From Thermoplasmata archaeon (GTDB lineage Archaea; Thermoplasmatota; Thermoplasmata; Lutacidiplasmatales; UBA184): 64,000 nt of DNA. The stretch lies in the NCBI GenBank assembly GCA_021802125.1, contig JAKAAX010000003.1, positions 81,788 through 145,787 of the forward strand, read 5' to 3'. Shown here piece after piece: positions 34,348-48,151 of this stretch. The notes below the pieces were generated by a model. That model worked only from the letters and a program-made list of their open reading frames with translations. It did no database searches and had not been told where the DNA came from. Numbering within the stretch: position 1 is the first letter of the stretch; the number at the start of each line of letters is the position of its first letter. Both the position numbers and the translations under genes were made by a program.

Positions 34348-37149
34348 ATGCCAGCTACAGGACTTGCCAAGCGCATCCGCGCCCTCCAGTTCGCCTTCCT
34401 CTCGCCCGACGAGATCCGCCGGATGGCGGCCGTGAAGATCATCACGGCCGACACCTACGACGACGACGGGTACCCCATCGAGATGGGACTGATGGACCTC
34501 CACCTGGGGGTCATCGAGCCCAACCTCCGCTGCCGCACGTGCGGCGGACGCGTGAACGAGTGCCCCGGGCACTTCGGGTTGATCGAGCTCGCGATGCCCG
34601 TCATCCACGTCGGGTACGCGAAGGAGATCAAGCGTCTGCTCCAGAGCACCTGCCGCGCCTGCGGGCGCATCATCCCCGAGGCCCTGACGGGCCGCGGGGT
34701 CTCCTTCAGCGGCATCGAGGACTCCGGCGGAGGCTTCTCCCGCCCCGTGAAGGAGGACATCGCCTGCCCGCACTGCCACGAGGTCCAGCAGAAGATCGTC
34801 CTGGACAAGCCGACGACCTTCCGCGAGAGCGGCCACAAGATCACCCCGAAGGAGGTCCGCGCGCGCCTGGAGCGGATCACCGACGACGACTGCCGGCAGC
34901 TCGGGCTCAACCCGAAGTTCGGACGGCCCGAGTGGATGGTCCTGACGGTCCTCCCGGTGCCTCCGGTCGCCGTCCGTCCCTCGATCACCCTCGAGAGCGG
35001 GGAGCGGAGCGAGGACGACCTCACCCACAAGCTCGTGGACGTCCTGCGGATCAACCAGCGGCTTCGTGAGAACCGCGACATGGGGGCCCCCCAGCTCGTG
35101 GTCGAGGACCTCTGGGAGCTCCTGCAGTACCACGTCACCACCTACTTCGACAACCAGACCTCGGGCATCCCACCCGCCCGCCACCGGTCCGGCCGCCCGC
35201 TGAAGACGCTCGTCCAGCGCCTGAAGGGGAAGGACGGACGGTTCCGGTCGAACCTGTCAGGCAAGCGCGTGAACTTCTCCGCGCGTACCGTGATCAGTCC
35301 GGACCCGCTCCTCTCGATCAACGAGGTGGGGATCCCCGTCGAGGTCGCCCGTGCGCTCACGGTGCCGCTCGACGTGACGCCCCAGAACATGGAGGCCGCC
35401 CAGACGCTCGTGAAGCGCGGCCCCGCGCCCCCGATGACCGACGGCGTCTACCTGCCGGGCGTCAACTACCTCGTCCGGCCCGACGGCCAGAGGATCAAGG
35501 TCATGGACAAGAACGCCGAGGCCTGCTCGGCCATGGTCACCCCCGGGTGCCGGGTCGAACGGCAGCTCATCAACGGGGACATCGTCCTGTTCAACCGGCA
35601 GCCCTCGCTGCACCGGATGAGCATGATGGCGCACTTCGTGCGGATCCTGCCCTACAAGACGTTCCGGTTCAACCTGTGCGACTGCACGCCCTACAACGCG
35701 GACTTCGATGGCGACGAGATGAACCTGCACGTCCTGCAGGGGCACGAGGCCCGGGCCGAGGCGAAGGTCATCATGCAGGTGCAGGAGCACATCCTGTCCC
35801 CCCGCTACGGCGGCCCGATCATCGGGATGATCCACGACCACATCACCGCGTCGTTCCTGCTGACGCACCACGACCCGCACTTCAACGAGGCGGAGACCTG
35901 CTACGTCCTGTCGAAGAGCCGGATGCCGATGCCTCCGCCGAAGGGCCACGAGAAGAACGGGCAGCCGTTCTGGACCGGCAAGCAGCTCTTCTCCCTCACC
36001 CTGCCGGAGGACCTGACGCTCGAGTTCCGCTCCTCCATCTGCAGCCACAAGAGCGGCGCGGACCCGAAGGAGCACGCCCAGGACGACTGCCTGGTCGTGG
36101 TCGACAACGGCCAGCTCCTGTCCGGGACGATCGACGCGAAGGCGATCGCCGCCGGCAAGGGGGTCATCCTGGACGCCATCGCGCGGAACAGCGGACCGGC
36201 CCGTGCCAGGAAGTTCCTGGACGAGATGAGCCGCCTGTGCATCACCGCGATCTCGCTCAAGGGCCTCTCCACCGGCATCGACGACGAGGACGTCCCTCCC
36301 GACGCGCGCAAGCACATCGCGAAGGTCATGTCCGACGCCCGAGAGACGGTCGAGAAGCTGGTCGACCAGTACCACGACGGCAAGCTCGACCAGATGCCCG
36401 GACGCTCCCTGGAGGAGACGCTGGAGGTGCAGATCCGCAGCACGCTGTCGAAGGCGCGCGACCAGGCGGGAGACATCGCCGGTCGCTTCCTGGGTCTGGA
36501 CAACCCCGCCGTCATTCTGGCGAAGTCCGGGGCCCGTGGCACGATGCTCAACCTGACCCAGATGACCGGCGCCGTGGGCCAGCAGTCGGTCCGAGGCGAG
36601 CGCCTGCTCCGCGGGTACTACAGCCGGACCCTCCCGCACTTTGCCCGGGGCGACCTGGGCGCGGAGTCGCGCGGGTTCGTCTCGTCCTCGTACAAGACGG
36701 GGCTCTCGCCCACCGAGTACTTCTTCCACAGCATGGGAGGCCGTGAGGGTCTCGTCGATACGGCCGTGCGGACGAGCCGGTCCGGGTACATGCAGCGTCG
36801 GCTGATCAACGCGCTCGAGGACCTGCGCGTCGAGGCCGACGGGACCGTGCGGAACACCGCCGGGACCATCATCCAGTACAAGTACGGAGAGGACGGGGTC
36901 GACCCCTCGCGCAGCGTCCAGGGGAAGCCTCTCGTCATCGAGGAAGTGCTCCGGGAAGCCCTGGGCAAGAAGTACCGCACGGAGCTCGAGCTCCGGGGCG
37001 AGGGCATCACCGGCACCACCGTCGTCGGAGAAGAGGAGCAGGACCTGCTCGCCGAGGCCCAGCAAGAGGAAGAGGTCGAGGAAGAGGAAGGCGAGGAGGG
37101 CGGCGGCTTCGAGGGCGGCGAAGGTGGCGGCGAAGGCGGAGGGGAGTGA
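34348..37149 (+). CDS. rpoA1: DNA-directed RNA polymerase subunit A'
   Basis: GGAGGT SD. Zn motif [16 protein letters not shown] and catalytic [10 protein letters not shown]. Acidic E/G-rich C-terminal tail. Confidence 0.95.
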   Translation: MPATGLAKRIRALQFAFLSPDEIRRMAAVKIITADTYDDDGYPIEMGLMDLHLGVIEPNLRCRTCGGRVNECPGHFGLIELAMPVIHVGYAKEIKRLLQSTCRACGRIIPEALTGRGVSFSGIEDSGGGFSRPVKEDIACPHCHEVQQKIVLDKPTTFRESGHKITPKEVRARLERITDDDCRQLGLNPKFGRPEWMVLTVLPVPPVAVRPSITLESGERSEDDLTHKLVDVLRINQRLRENRDMGAPQLVVEDLWELLQYHVTTYFDNQTSGIPPARHRSGRPLKTLVQRLKGKDGRFRSNLSGKRVNFSARTVISPDPLLSINEVGIPVEVARALTVPLDVTPQNMEAAQTLVKRGPAPPMTDGVYLPGVNYLVRPDGQRIKVMDKNAEACSAMVTPGCRVERQLINGDIVLFNRQPSLHRMSMMAHFVRILPYKTFRFNLCDCTPYNADFDGDEMNLHVLQGHEARAEAKVIMQVQEHILSPRYGGPIIGMIHDHITASFLLTHHDPHFNEAETCYVLSKSRMPMPPPKGHEKNGQPFWTGKQLFSLTLPEDLTLEFRSSICSHKSGADPKEHAQDDCLVVVDNGQLLSGTIDAKAIAAGKGVILDAIARNSGPARARKFLDEMSRLCITAISLKGLSTGIDDEDVPPDARKHIAKVMSDARETVEKLVDQYHDGKLDQMPGRSLEETLEVQIRSTLSKARDQAGDIAGRFLGLDNPAVILAKSGARGTMLNLTQMTGAVGQQSVRGERLLRGYYSRTLPHFARGDLGAESRGFVSSSYKTGLSPTEYFFHSMGGREGLVDTAVRTSRSGYMQRRLINALEDLRVEADGTVRNTAGTIIQYKYGEDGVDPSRSVQGKPLVIEEVLREALGKKYRTELELRGEGITGTTVVGEEEQDLLAEAQQEEEVEEEEGEEGGGFEGGEGGGEGGGE

Positions 37150-38498
37150 ACATCATGACGGAGTCAAAGGCCGAGAAGCTGTCCCAGGAGATCGACCGGC
37201 TCGCGCGGGGAGAGGGCGTCGCCCTCCCCACCGTGATCCTCACCGACACGAGCGAGAAGCTCGCCCAGCACCGGGGGATCGAGAACGAGGACGTCCGCAA
37301 GGTCGCGAAGGAGCTCGTCCGACGCTTCCGCAAGGTCGAGGTCGATGCCCACGAGTCCGTGGGGATCGTCGCGGCCCAGAGCATCGGCGAGCCAGGGACC
37401 CAGATGACCCTGCGAACGTTCCACTACGCCGGTGTCGCGGAGATGAACGTCACGCTCGGACTGCCACGGCTCATCGAGCTCGTGGACGCCCGGCGCGTCC
37501 CGTCCACGCCGATGATGACGGTCTACCTGGACCGCGGGATCCGGGCCGAGGAGAAGAAGGTCCACGAGATCGCGCTCAAGATCGAGGTCACGAACGTCCC
37601 GGACGTGGCCGCCATCGGCACGGTCGTCGAGGAGCTCAAGGTCGTCGTGACCCCGCGCCCCGCGCTCCTGGCCGCGCGTGGCCTCGCCCGGTCCGACCTG
37701 GACCGCGTGCTGAGCGAATCGCTCGACAAGCGCTACTGGACCGTGTCCAACGGCTCCGGTGGAGGCGAAGGGCGCACCTTCGAGATCCACCTCGCCGAGA
37801 CCCCTCCCCCCAGGAGCGGGAAGGAGCCGGACGAGGAGATGCCGTTCAAGAAGCTCCTCGCAGCGGCGGAGGAGGTCCGGGGGATCCGGATCAAGGGGCT
37901 CTCCTCGATCAAGCGAGCGCTCATCAAGAAGGAAGGGGCCGAGTGGGTCATCTACACCGAAGGGTCGAACCTCGCTGGGGTCCTGGAGATCGCCGGCGTC
38001 GACCGGGCGCGGACGACCACCAACTCCGTCTTCGAGATCTACCGCGTCCTGGGCGTCGAGGCGGCGAGGACCGCGCTCATCCAGGAGGCGAACCGGACGC
38101 TCGCGGAGCAGGGGTTGACCGTGGACATCCGCCACATCATGCTGGTCTCCGACCTCATGACCAACGAGGGGGACATCCGCGCCATCGGCCGGCACGGGAT
38201 CAGCGGGAAGAAGACGAGCGTGCTCGCGCGCGCCGCCTTCGAGATCACCGCGAACCACCTGCTGCGCGCCGCCATCACGGGCGAGGTGGACGAGCTCAAG
38301 GGCGTCGCCGAGAACATCATCGTCGGGCAGCCCATCGCCCTGGGGACCGGCGCCGTCGACCTCATCTACCGCCCCGCGGGAGGGAGCAGCGGCAACCACA
38401 CGCGGTCGAAGGCGAAGCCGGCCCCCGGCGCGCCCGAGACCCACGAGGCTCCCAAGACCCCGGAGCCCCCCGCGGCCCCCGTCCCCCCGGCTCCGTGA
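37146..38498 (+). CDS. rpoA2: DNA-directed RNA polymerase subunit A''
   Basis: GTGA overlap with rpoA1 (alternative ATG at 37155). Trigger-loop region [21 protein letters not shown]-rich tail. Confidence 0.93.
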   Translation: MNIMTESKAEKLSQEIDRLARGEGVALPTVILTDTSEKLAQHRGIENEDVRKVAKELVRRFRKVEVDAHESVGIVAAQSIGEPGTQMTLRTFHYAGVAEMNVTLGLPRLIELVDARRVPSTPMMTVYLDRGIRAEEKKVHEIALKIEVTNVPDVAAIGTVVEELKVVVTPRPALLAARGLARSDLDRVLSESLDKRYWTVSNGSGGGEGRTFEIHLAETPPPRSGKEPDEEMPFKKLLAAAEEVRGIRIKGLSSIKRALIKKEGAEWVIYTEGSNLAGVLEIAGVDRARTTTNSVFEIYRVLGVEAARTALIQEANRTLAEQGLTVDIRHIMLVSDLMTNEGDIRAIGRHGISGKKTSVLARAAFEITANHLLRAAITGEVDELKGVAENIIVGQPIALGTGAVDLIYRPAGGSSGNHTRSKAKPAPGAPETHEAPKTPEPPAAPVPPAP

Positions 38499-38548
38499 GG
38501 ACCCTCAAGCCTCAAGAACCCGGGAGCTAGGAGAAGGGAGGCACGAAC

Positions 38549-38839
38549 ATGGACATCGCCCACGCTCTCAAGCTCGCCCTCAGCACGGGAAAGGTCAAGA
38601 TGGGTCTCGAGGAGGCCCTCGTCACGGTGAAGCAGAAGCAGGCGAAGCTCCTGGTCGTCTCCTCCACCTGCCCCGACGAGAAGCTGCTCGCCGAGAAGAA
38701 GCTCAACGGGGTCCCGGTCTACCATTACGAGGGGACCGCCGCCGAGCTGGGCGCGGCCTGCGGGAAGCCGTTCCCGATCTCGACCCTGGCGATCCTGGAC
38801 GCCGGTTCCTCGGCGATCCTCTCGCTCGAGACGAACTAG
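38549..38839 (+). CDS. rpl30e: 50S ribosomal protein L30e
   Basis: 96 aa with GGAGAAGGGAGG SD. Typical ...GKVKMGLEEA...LLVVSS.CP... pattern and conserved position after rpoA2. Confidence 0.88.
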   Translation: MDIAHALKLALSTGKVKMGLEEALVTVKQKQAKLLVVSSTCPDEKLLAEKKLNGVPVYHYEGTAAELGAACGKPFPISTLAILDAGSSAILSLETN

Positions 38840-38924
38840 GGCCGGACGCTCCTCCCCGGGACCCGGAAGCCTCGAAGGGGTCTTCGAACGGGTGCCCCTG
38901 GCCCACTGGTCCTGAGCCTCTCCC

Positions 38925-39350
38925 ATGCCCGAGATCACCTTCGACACGGCCCAGTTGGGCTACATGCGGGCCTTCGAGGACCTGACGCAGGCGAAGGTGA
39001 TGGACGTCCTGGAGGCCGAGGACAAGCTGGTCTACGTGATCCACCCGGAGGACCTGAAGAAGGCCGTCGGGCCCCACGGCCAGATCGTGGAGCGCCTGAA
39101 GCAGCTCTTCAAGCGGGAGATCCAGGTCGTCGTCTGGGACGAGGACCCGGCGAAGTTCGTCCGGAACCTCTTCTACCCCTTCTCCCCGCAGCGCGTGGAG
39201 TTCTCCGACAAGCCGCAGGGGCGCCACGCGACGGTGGTCGTCGACCCCAAGTTCAAGGCGCGCGCCATCGGCAAGCAAGGGAAGAACCTGAAGATCGCCC
39301 GCGCGGTGCTCATGAGGCACAGCGACGTGATCTCGGTCAACGTGGCGTGA
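38925..39350 (+). CDS. nusA: Archaeal NusA-like KH-domain transcription factor
   Basis: 141 aa with two KH-like segments (GPHGQIVERLK and AIGKQGKNLKIAR). Conserved position after rpl30e. Confidence 0.85.
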   Translation: MPEITFDTAQLGYMRAFEDLTQAKVMDVLEAEDKLVYVIHPEDLKKAVGPHGQIVERLKQLFKREIQVVVWDEDPAKFVRNLFYPFSPQRVEFSDKPQGRHATVVVDPKFKARAIGKQGKNLKIARAVLMRHSDVISVNVA

Positions 39351-39547
39351 CGCGAGGACGCCGGCCTCCCCCCCTCCTTTCCGGTCCGGTCCGCTTGTCC
39401 CTGGCCTGGAGGCGCCCCCCGGGTGCGCCCATAGTCCCTTATGCAGGCCTGGGCCTAGTGCCACAGCGAGGTCTCCCTTTGTCCCGGACCGAGCTAGCTC
39501 GCGAGGTCGCCCTCCCGTCCCGAGGGCTCCGACACGACCCGCACGCC

Positions 39548-42500
39548 GTGACGCGTCTCGGTCGACTGCTGCCGGTCGCGGTCGTCTGCCTGCTGCTTCT
39601 TGTGCCCGTCCTCGGATCGACCACGGGCTCGGTTCCCGGCCGCGCTCCCCCACCGGAGGCGGCGACCGCTGTCCCGCGAGCGCTCCACGCGCGTCCTGCC
39701 AGTGAGAACACGGGGGACGGCATGGCGGAGCGGGCATCGCTGCGGGCCACGACCCCGTCTCTCTCCCAGGAGCTTCCGGCGCGGGATGCACCCAGCCCCC
39801 CGACCCCCCGAGCGTCCCTGCCCCTCGAAAGCACGCTCGTCCTTTCGAACAACTCGGTCGTCGCGGGGAACTTCCTCCCCGAGAACGGCGCCGCCCCGAT
39901 CGCTGCGGTCGTGGACACCGTCGACGGGAAGATCTTCGTGGCGGGGTACTGGTCCAACAACATCCTCGTCCTCTCCCAGGCGACGCACCAGCTGGAGGGT
40001 TACATCCCGGGGTTCGTGAACCCCAGTGGGCTCGCCTTCGACCCGGGCCATGACGCCCTCTTCGTCGCCTCCAGCTGGAACTCCACCTTCTACCGCCTCA
40101 CCTCGGTGCAGGCCTCGACCGGGCTCACCCTCGCGAGCGTCCTCGTCTCGGGCGGGTTCCAGTCTCTGACCGTCGACCCCGTTCACGGCCATGTGTTCGT
40201 CACGAGCTACTCCCCGATCCCGGTCTACCAGGTGATCGAGTACACCTCTCCGGGGCTCGTGCTCAGCGGAGTGTACGGTCTGTCGGGCAGCCCCTCGCTC
40301 CTGGTGATGGGGCCGGGCGATCAGGAGCTGTACGTGATCCACTCCCCGTCGGACCTCTCCCTGATCAACGCCACGACGGGAGCCTTCGGGCCCACCTACC
40401 TTCTCTCGGACTATCCGATCGACATGGTCCTCGACCCGATGGACGAAGACCTCTACCTCGTCGGATGGACGGGCTCCGGATCCCAGGAGATGGTCGTGTT
40501 GTCCACGATCACCTTCGCCCAGGTCGACTCGATCGGCCTACCCCAGCTCGCCTGGATGCTGACCGTCGATCCCAGCAGCGGGGACGTCTTTGTCGGTACG
40601 ATGAACGGATCCGGGCTTGTCCCCGCCGGCAACGGGAACGTGAGCGTCTTCGCTCCGACCTCGCTCAGCCGGCTCGCCTCGGTGCCGGTCGGGATAAGCC
40701 CGTGGGGGCTCGCGTACGACCCTCAGGGATCCATCGTCGTCACCGACGAGAGGTCGGACGGGGTGACCTTCGTCAACGCGACCACCTTCGGGGTAGAGGG
40801 GGTGACCGTGCCGGGGCCCGGCCCGTCGGCCCTCGCGGTCGACCCCAGCTCTGGTGTCGCGTACATCACGTCCGATGGGACCGACCAGGTGAATGCGCTC
40901 TCCATGTCGGGGGGCAGGATCTCCGCCAACATCACCGTGGGGGAGGACCCGAGGGGGATCTGCGTCGACCCGACAACGGGCGAGGTCTACGTGACGAACC
41001 AGGGGTCGGGGAACGTCTCGGTGATCGACGGGGCGACCGAGAAGGTCGTCGCGACGGTCCCCGTGGGGCCCTCTCCGTACGGGATCGCCTTCGACGCGAA
41101 GGACGACCTGGTCTGGGTCGCGGTGGCCGGCGCCGGGATGGTCAGCGCCATCAGCGCGCTCACGAACAAGGTGGTCGAGAACGTGACCATCTGGGAGACC
41201 CCCATGGCCTTGCTCTACGATCCGGTCGATGACAGCGTCGACGTCACCGCCCCGCTGTCCGACAATGTCCTCGCTCTCCGGGGCGTAGGCCACACCTCGG
41301 TCTCCACCTATCCCGTGTACGGGAACGCTCCGTACGCGATCGCCCTGGATGGGGTCGGGAACCGGCTCGTCGTGGCCAACTACTATTCCGGGAACCTCTC
41401 TGTCCTCAACGCCGCGACGGGGGCCTACGAGCCCTCCGTCCAGCTTGCTCTGGGGAGCGAACCGTCGGCGGTCAGCTACCTTCCGACCGTGGGCGAGGTG
41501 GCCGTCGCCAACGCCGAGGGGAACAACGTGACCGTCCTCTCCGGGTCCTCGCTGGCGCCGGTCGAAACGTTCCAGGTGGGCCTGCACCCTGAGGCGCTCG
41601 GCCCGGGCAACGGCCGTCAGCTCTACGTGGCCAACTACGGTTCGGGCTCGATCACGACCGCGACCCTGCCCGCCATCGGGTGGTTGAACATCTCCGTCGT
41701 TCCGGGCGGCTGGGGCTGCCGGAGCTTCTCCCTCGACGGGGCCCCGGTCTGGAACGGTTCGTCCCTCGCGCTACCGCTCGGGAACTACTCCCTCTCCGCC
41801 CCCGCCTTTTGCAGCGGGGGGCGAAGTTTCCAGGGATGGGGGTCGAGCGGACGGATCATCATGTACGGGACCTCGGCGGTGGCCAGCATGCAGTTGTTCG
41901 GGAACGGCAACCTCACCGCGATCTTCCAGCTACCGATCAGTCGCGTCAACATCTCGGTGGACATCTCTCCGTACTTCTGCGGCCCGGTGCTCTGGGGGAT
42001 GTCGACCCAGCTCAACGGGTCGTCCTTCCAGGGCTACATCGGGGTTACGACCATCCAAGCCTACAGCTGCAGCGGCTACTCCTTCCGAGCGTGGAACACC
42101 TCCGGGGCCATAGGCGTCTTCTCTCCGGGGCAGCCCGTCACGACCGCGGACGTCGTGGCCTCTGGGCTCAACGGCTCCCTCACGACTTGGTACGTCTCGA
42201 ACTCCACGCCTCCGTCGCTCCTGGTCTCGCTGCAAGCCTACCCCATCAACGGCGTGGCCCCGTTGACGGTCGGGTTCCAGGTGCAAGTGAGCGGGGGTCG
42301 GCCGCCCTACAGCGTCTCCTGGAGCTTCGGGGACGGTGGAACGGGCACTGGCCAGACGACCAGTCACATCTACGTCCAGCCGGGGGTCTGGATGGCGGTC
42401 GCCGAGGTCTTCGACTCTGGAGGCAACGTCACGGAGAAGACGGTGAACATCTCCGTCACCGGCTCCCCCCCGGTGCTGGGCATCTCGGCCTACGCCCAGC

Positions 42501-42970
42501 CCCAGACCCTTTCCCTCGGTCAGAGCGTGCAGTTCACCGCTGTCGTTACTGGAGCGCCACAGCCCTACTCGCTCTCTTGGTCGTCCCTTCCTCCGGGTTG
42601 CGGGCCCTTCTACACCGCGCAGTTCGTCTGCACGCCGACGCAGTCCGGCGTGTTCGACGTGCAGGTCACCGTGACGGATTCCTTCGGCCAGTCGGCCTCG
42701 ACCCTGGTCGAGGTGACGGTCACTCCCACCTCGAGCTCCTTCACCGGACCGCTGCTGCAAGGCCCCTGGGTCGCCGGTGAACTCCTCACCAGCCTCGTCC
42801 TCGCGATCGTGGCCTGGCTCATCCTCCTCCGAAAGGGGAGGCTCGGATCCATCGCTGGGCGCGAGAGGCGACCGCCGGGCACGTCCCTGGGAGCCTCTCC
42901 CGGTGAAGGCCAGGTGGGCCCCAACTCGGGAACGGAAGGGACCGAGCTCCAGATCCGCACCTTCCAGTAG
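39548..42970 (+). CDS. Large cell-surface protein: signal peptide, YVTN-type beta-propeller repeats, PKD domains, C-terminal TM anchor
   Basis: GTG at 39548 gives the signal peptide VTRLGRLLPVAVVCLLLLVPVLG. Repeats such as PRGICVDPTTGEVYVTNQGSGNVSVIDGAT are present, with PKD motif WSFGDGGTG and TM segment LVLAIVAWLILL. The ORF is open upstream to 39347, so the start is uncertain. Confidence 0.8.
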   Translation: MTRLGRLLPVAVVCLLLLVPVLGSTTGSVPGRAPPPEAATAVPRALHARPASENTGDGMAERASLRATTPSLSQELPARDAPSPPTPRASLPLESTLVLSNNSVVAGNFLPENGAAPIAAVVDTVDGKIFVAGYWSNNILVLSQATHQLEGYIPGFVNPSGLAFDPGHDALFVASSWNSTFYRLTSVQASTGLTLASVLVSGGFQSLTVDPVHGHVFVTSYSPIPVYQVIEYTSPGLVLSGVYGLSGSPSLLVMGPGDQELYVIHSPSDLSLINATTGAFGPTYLLSDYPIDMVLDPMDEDLYLVGWTGSGSQEMVVLSTITFAQVDSIGLPQLAWMLTVDPSSGDVFVGTMNGSGLVPAGNGNVSVFAPTSLSRLASVPVGISPWGLAYDPQGSIVVTDERSDGVTFVNATTFGVEGVTVPGPGPSALAVDPSSGVAYITSDGTDQVNALSMSGGRISANITVGEDPRGICVDPTTGEVYVTNQGSGNVSVIDGATEKVVATVPVGPSPYGIAFDAKDDLVWVAVAGAGMVSAISALTNKVVENVTIWETPMALLYDPVDDSVDVTAPLSDNVLALRGVGHTSVSTYPVYGNAPYAIALDGVGNRLVVANYYSGNLSVLNAATGAYEPSVQLALGSEPSAVSYLPTVGEVAVANAEGNNVTVLSGSSLAPVETFQVGLHPEALGPGNGRQLYVANYGSGSITTATLPAIGWLNISVVPGGWGCRSFSLDGAPVWNGSSLALPLGNYSLSAPAFCSGGRSFQGWGSSGRIIMYGTSAVASMQLFGNGNLTAIFQLPISRVNISVDISPYFCGPVLWGMSTQLNGSSFQGYIGVTTIQAYSCSGYSFRAWNTSGAIGVFSPGQPVTTADVVASGLNGSLTTWYVSNSTPPSLLVSLQAYPINGVAPLTVGFQVQVSGGRPPYSVSWSFGDGGTGTGQTTSHIYVQPGVWMAVAEVFDSGGNVTEKTVNISVTGSPPVLGISAYAQPQTLSLGQSVQFTAVVTGAPQPYSLSWSSLPPGCGPFYTAQFVCTPTQSGVFDVQVTVTDSFGQSASTLVEVTVTPTSSSFTGPLLQGPWVAGELLTSLVLAIVAWLILLRKGRLGSIAGRERRPPGTSLGASPGEGQVGPNSGTEGTELQIRTFQ

Positions 42971-43150
42971 CTCGGAAGGGTCGACATGCAACCGCGCGCA
43001 AGCGCTCGACACCGAGGAGAACCGGAGTTCGTTCGCATCATTTCCCGAGGGGGAGGCGTAGGATGCGCGGGCCTCGGGGAGGAGGGGGGCCCCCGAGGTG
43101 AGAGGTGGGCGGTGTCGTGGGTGCCGGATGAGCCGGCGTTGATGGTATCG

Positions 43151-43158
43151 TTAAATAC
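43151..43158 (+). promoter_or_regulatory. Candidate 16S rRNA promoter TATA box TTAAATAC
   Basis: AT-rich octamer about 290 nt upstream of the mature 16S 5' end. The intervening leader is hairpin-rich, for example the GAAA-loop hairpin at 43365-43382. Confidence 0.35.
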
Positions 43159-43446
43159 GAAGCCTGTTCTGATTCCGCTTACCGAACGAGGGGCCTTCGG
43201 GTCCAGCTCGTTCGGGGCGCCCGTACGTTGCGCCGGGGATCGGTGAACCGGCGAATCCATGAGGCGCCACAGATGGCCCGAAAGGGGCGTGGAGCCCCGA
43301 GAAACCCCCCGCAGGGATGCGGGGTGCCCTCTCGGGACCGACAGGGGAAGGCGAAATGACGCGACCGGACCGAAAGGTCCGGATGACAGTCAGAGGCTGT
43401 ACAAACCCTTCCGACCGATCGTGGTCGGAAGAAACTCAATTCAGAA

Positions 43447-44912
<1,466 letters not shown>

Positions 44913-45020
44913 AACGAACGCTTTAGGGCGTTCGGTGTGTTTCAGAAAGATAGACTCTGAACGTGTCACGCGCATGGCGCCTTCCCCGACCCTTTCGGGC
45001 CATCGAAAACCCCAAAATCC

Positions 45021-45043
45021 TACCAGAATTTTGGTAATTACCA
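45021..45043 (+). promoter_or_regulatory. Overlapping palindromes TACCA-N6-TGGTA-AT-TACCA abutting the ribB TATA box (candidate operator)
   Basis: TACCAGAATTTTGGTA overlaps the perfect 12-mer TGGTAATTACCA. The site ends 5 nt before the TATA box. Confidence 0.4.
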
Positions 45044-45048
45044 GGTCA

Positions 45049-45056
45049 TTATATAT
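45049..45056 (+). promoter_or_regulatory. TATA box TTATATAT of the riboflavin operon
   Basis: Pure A/T octamer centred about 25 nt upstream of the ribB ATG (45077), implying a leaderless mRNA. Confidence 0.55.
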
Positions 45057-45076
45057 TGTGCTGGTCTCGTGCCCCC

Positions 45077-46760
<1,684 letters not shown>

Positions 46761-46812
46761 AGGGGGCGCACTTTCCCCTCGCGCCAGCCCCTTCGGATGA
46801 TGAGGTGGTGAG

Positions 46813-47277
46813 TTGGCGAAGGACCGGTCCCGGACCGCATTCCGTGAGACCCCCCTCAACGGACGGGGGATCCGCCTCGGGATCGTGGTGAGCGAGTACC
46901 ATGCTGACGTCACAGGGGCGATGCTGGCGGGCTCGAGAAAGGAAGCCCAGCGCCACCGCGCCACCGTGGGGAAGGTCGTCCGCGTCCCCGGGGTCTTCGA
47001 CGTGCCTCTCGCGGTCGAGCGGCTGCTGGAACGGGAGGACGTCGACGCGGTCGTGGCCCTCGGCGCGGTGGTCCAGGGAGAGACGGACCACGACCAGGTC
47101 ATCGTTCACGCCGTCGCTCGGAAGCTCCTCGACCTGGAGATCGACATCGGGAAGCCGGTCGCGCTTGGCATCACGGGCCCGGGTCAGACCCTGGAGCAGG
47201 CCGTGGCGAGGATCGATCGAGGGCCGCATGCCGTGATGGCCGCGGTCAAGATGGTCCTCGCGCTCAGAAAGGTCTGA
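46813..47277 (+). CDS. ribH: 6,7-dimethyl-8-ribityllumazine synthase
   Basis: Motifs RLGIVVSEYH, VPGVFDVPLA and GAVVQGETDHDQ. TTG start. Confidence 0.85.
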   Translation: MAKDRSRTAFRETPLNGRGIRLGIVVSEYHADVTGAMLAGSRKEAQRHRATVGKVVRVPGVFDVPLAVERLLEREDVDAVVALGAVVQGETDHDQVIVHAVARKLLDLEIDIGKPVALGITGPGQTLEQAVARIDRGPHAVMAAVKMVLALRKV

Positions 47278-47352
47278 GCCGGGTCCTCAGGCGCACCGGG
47301 ACCAGTGGGCCCTGGGAGAAGGGCGAGAGCAGGTGCCCAGGGACGGGGCCGA

Positions 47353-47425
47353 TGCCGCGGGCCGGACTTGAACCAGCGGCCTACAGATCTTCAGTCTGTC
47401 GCTCTCCCAACTGAGCTACCGCGGC
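47353..47425 (-). tRNA. tRNA-Phe (anticodon GAA)
   Basis: 73-nt cloverleaf: GCCGCGG/CCGCGGC acceptor, GCTC/GAGC D stem, ACAGA-CTGAAGA-TCTGT anticodon arm and TTCAAGT T-loop. A CTTTATCA box lies about 32 nt upstream (47453-47460). Confidence 0.93.
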
Positions 47426-47587
47426 GTTCGCGGCCGCCGACAACGGAGACGGTGATAAAGTCGTCTGTTCGGGCGCAGGCGCCCGGCGGACCGCTTGGGC
47501 AGCGTGGACCCTGCGGTACCGCATCTCCTCTTTTTGCTTTCAAGCGAGTGAACACAAACAAATACCCGTATCTTGCTCATTATCCGT

Positions 47588-48034
47588 ATGGCCAGCGGTC
47601 CTTCGACGGCGTATCCAGAGCCTGCACCTTCCCAAGGGGGACCGGGCCCGCATCCCTACTACGGGGGCGGGGCAGGTCCCGGCCCGTACGGCCCAGGGCC
47701 GGCGGGGCCTTCGCCCTCCTACCCGATGCCCAGGTACGGTCGCCGCCGGAAGGAGAAGATCGGCATCCCGCTCTTCATGGCCGGGTTCGTCGTCGCGGGT
47801 GTGGGCATCCTTCTGGTCGGGCTGGGCGTCGGGGGGATCTTCAACACCCTCCTCAACCCCTACGGCCTGGGCGGAGGGAGAGCCGCGGCCCAGGTCGAGA
47901 ACGGCTACATCAACGAGACCTTCTACGGCATCGACCTCGTCGGGGTCGGCGTCATGATCATCGGCGTGGGAGCGGGGATCAACGCCGCCGCTCGGTTCGA
48001 CCAGAACCAGGAGCTGGGCCAGGGCGCCCACTGA
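47588..48034 (+). CDS. Small membrane protein: Pro/Gly-rich N-terminus plus two TM helices (paralog A)
   Basis: PGPYGPGP-type N-terminus, RRRKEKIGIPLFMAGFVVAGVGILLVGLG, a second TM, and an AARFDQNQELG tail. A CAAATAC box lies about 26 nt upstream. Confidence 0.65.
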   Translation: MASGPSTAYPEPAPSQGGPGPHPYYGGGAGPGPYGPGPAGPSPSYPMPRYGRRRKEKIGIPLFMAGFVVAGVGILLVGLGVGGIFNTLLNPYGLGGGRAAAQVENGYINETFYGIDLVGVGVMIIGVGAGINAAARFDQNQELGQGAH

Positions 48035-48151
48035 GGCTTGAGGATCGAAGTTCGAGGATCGGAGGCAGGATCAAGATGAGCAGCGAAGGAAGCGCACCCT
48101 GGATCGAGACGAACACCGCCGCCACCAGCACCCTCGGAGGTGCGTGAGCCC

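Noticed and set aside
39347-39547. GTG at 39347 (overlapping the nusA stop) as the start of the surface protein
   Set aside because: It would place about 65 R/P-rich residues ahead of an otherwise typical signal peptide, so GTG 39548 is preferred. It is not fully excluded because the GTGA overlap matches the operon style of this genome.
43340-43400. Box C/D-like words (AATGACG ... GATGAC ... CAGTCAGAGG) in the 16S leader
   Set aside because: There is no proper CUGA D box at the right spacing and no terminal stem. It is more simply explained as part of leader hairpins around the GAAA-loop helix.
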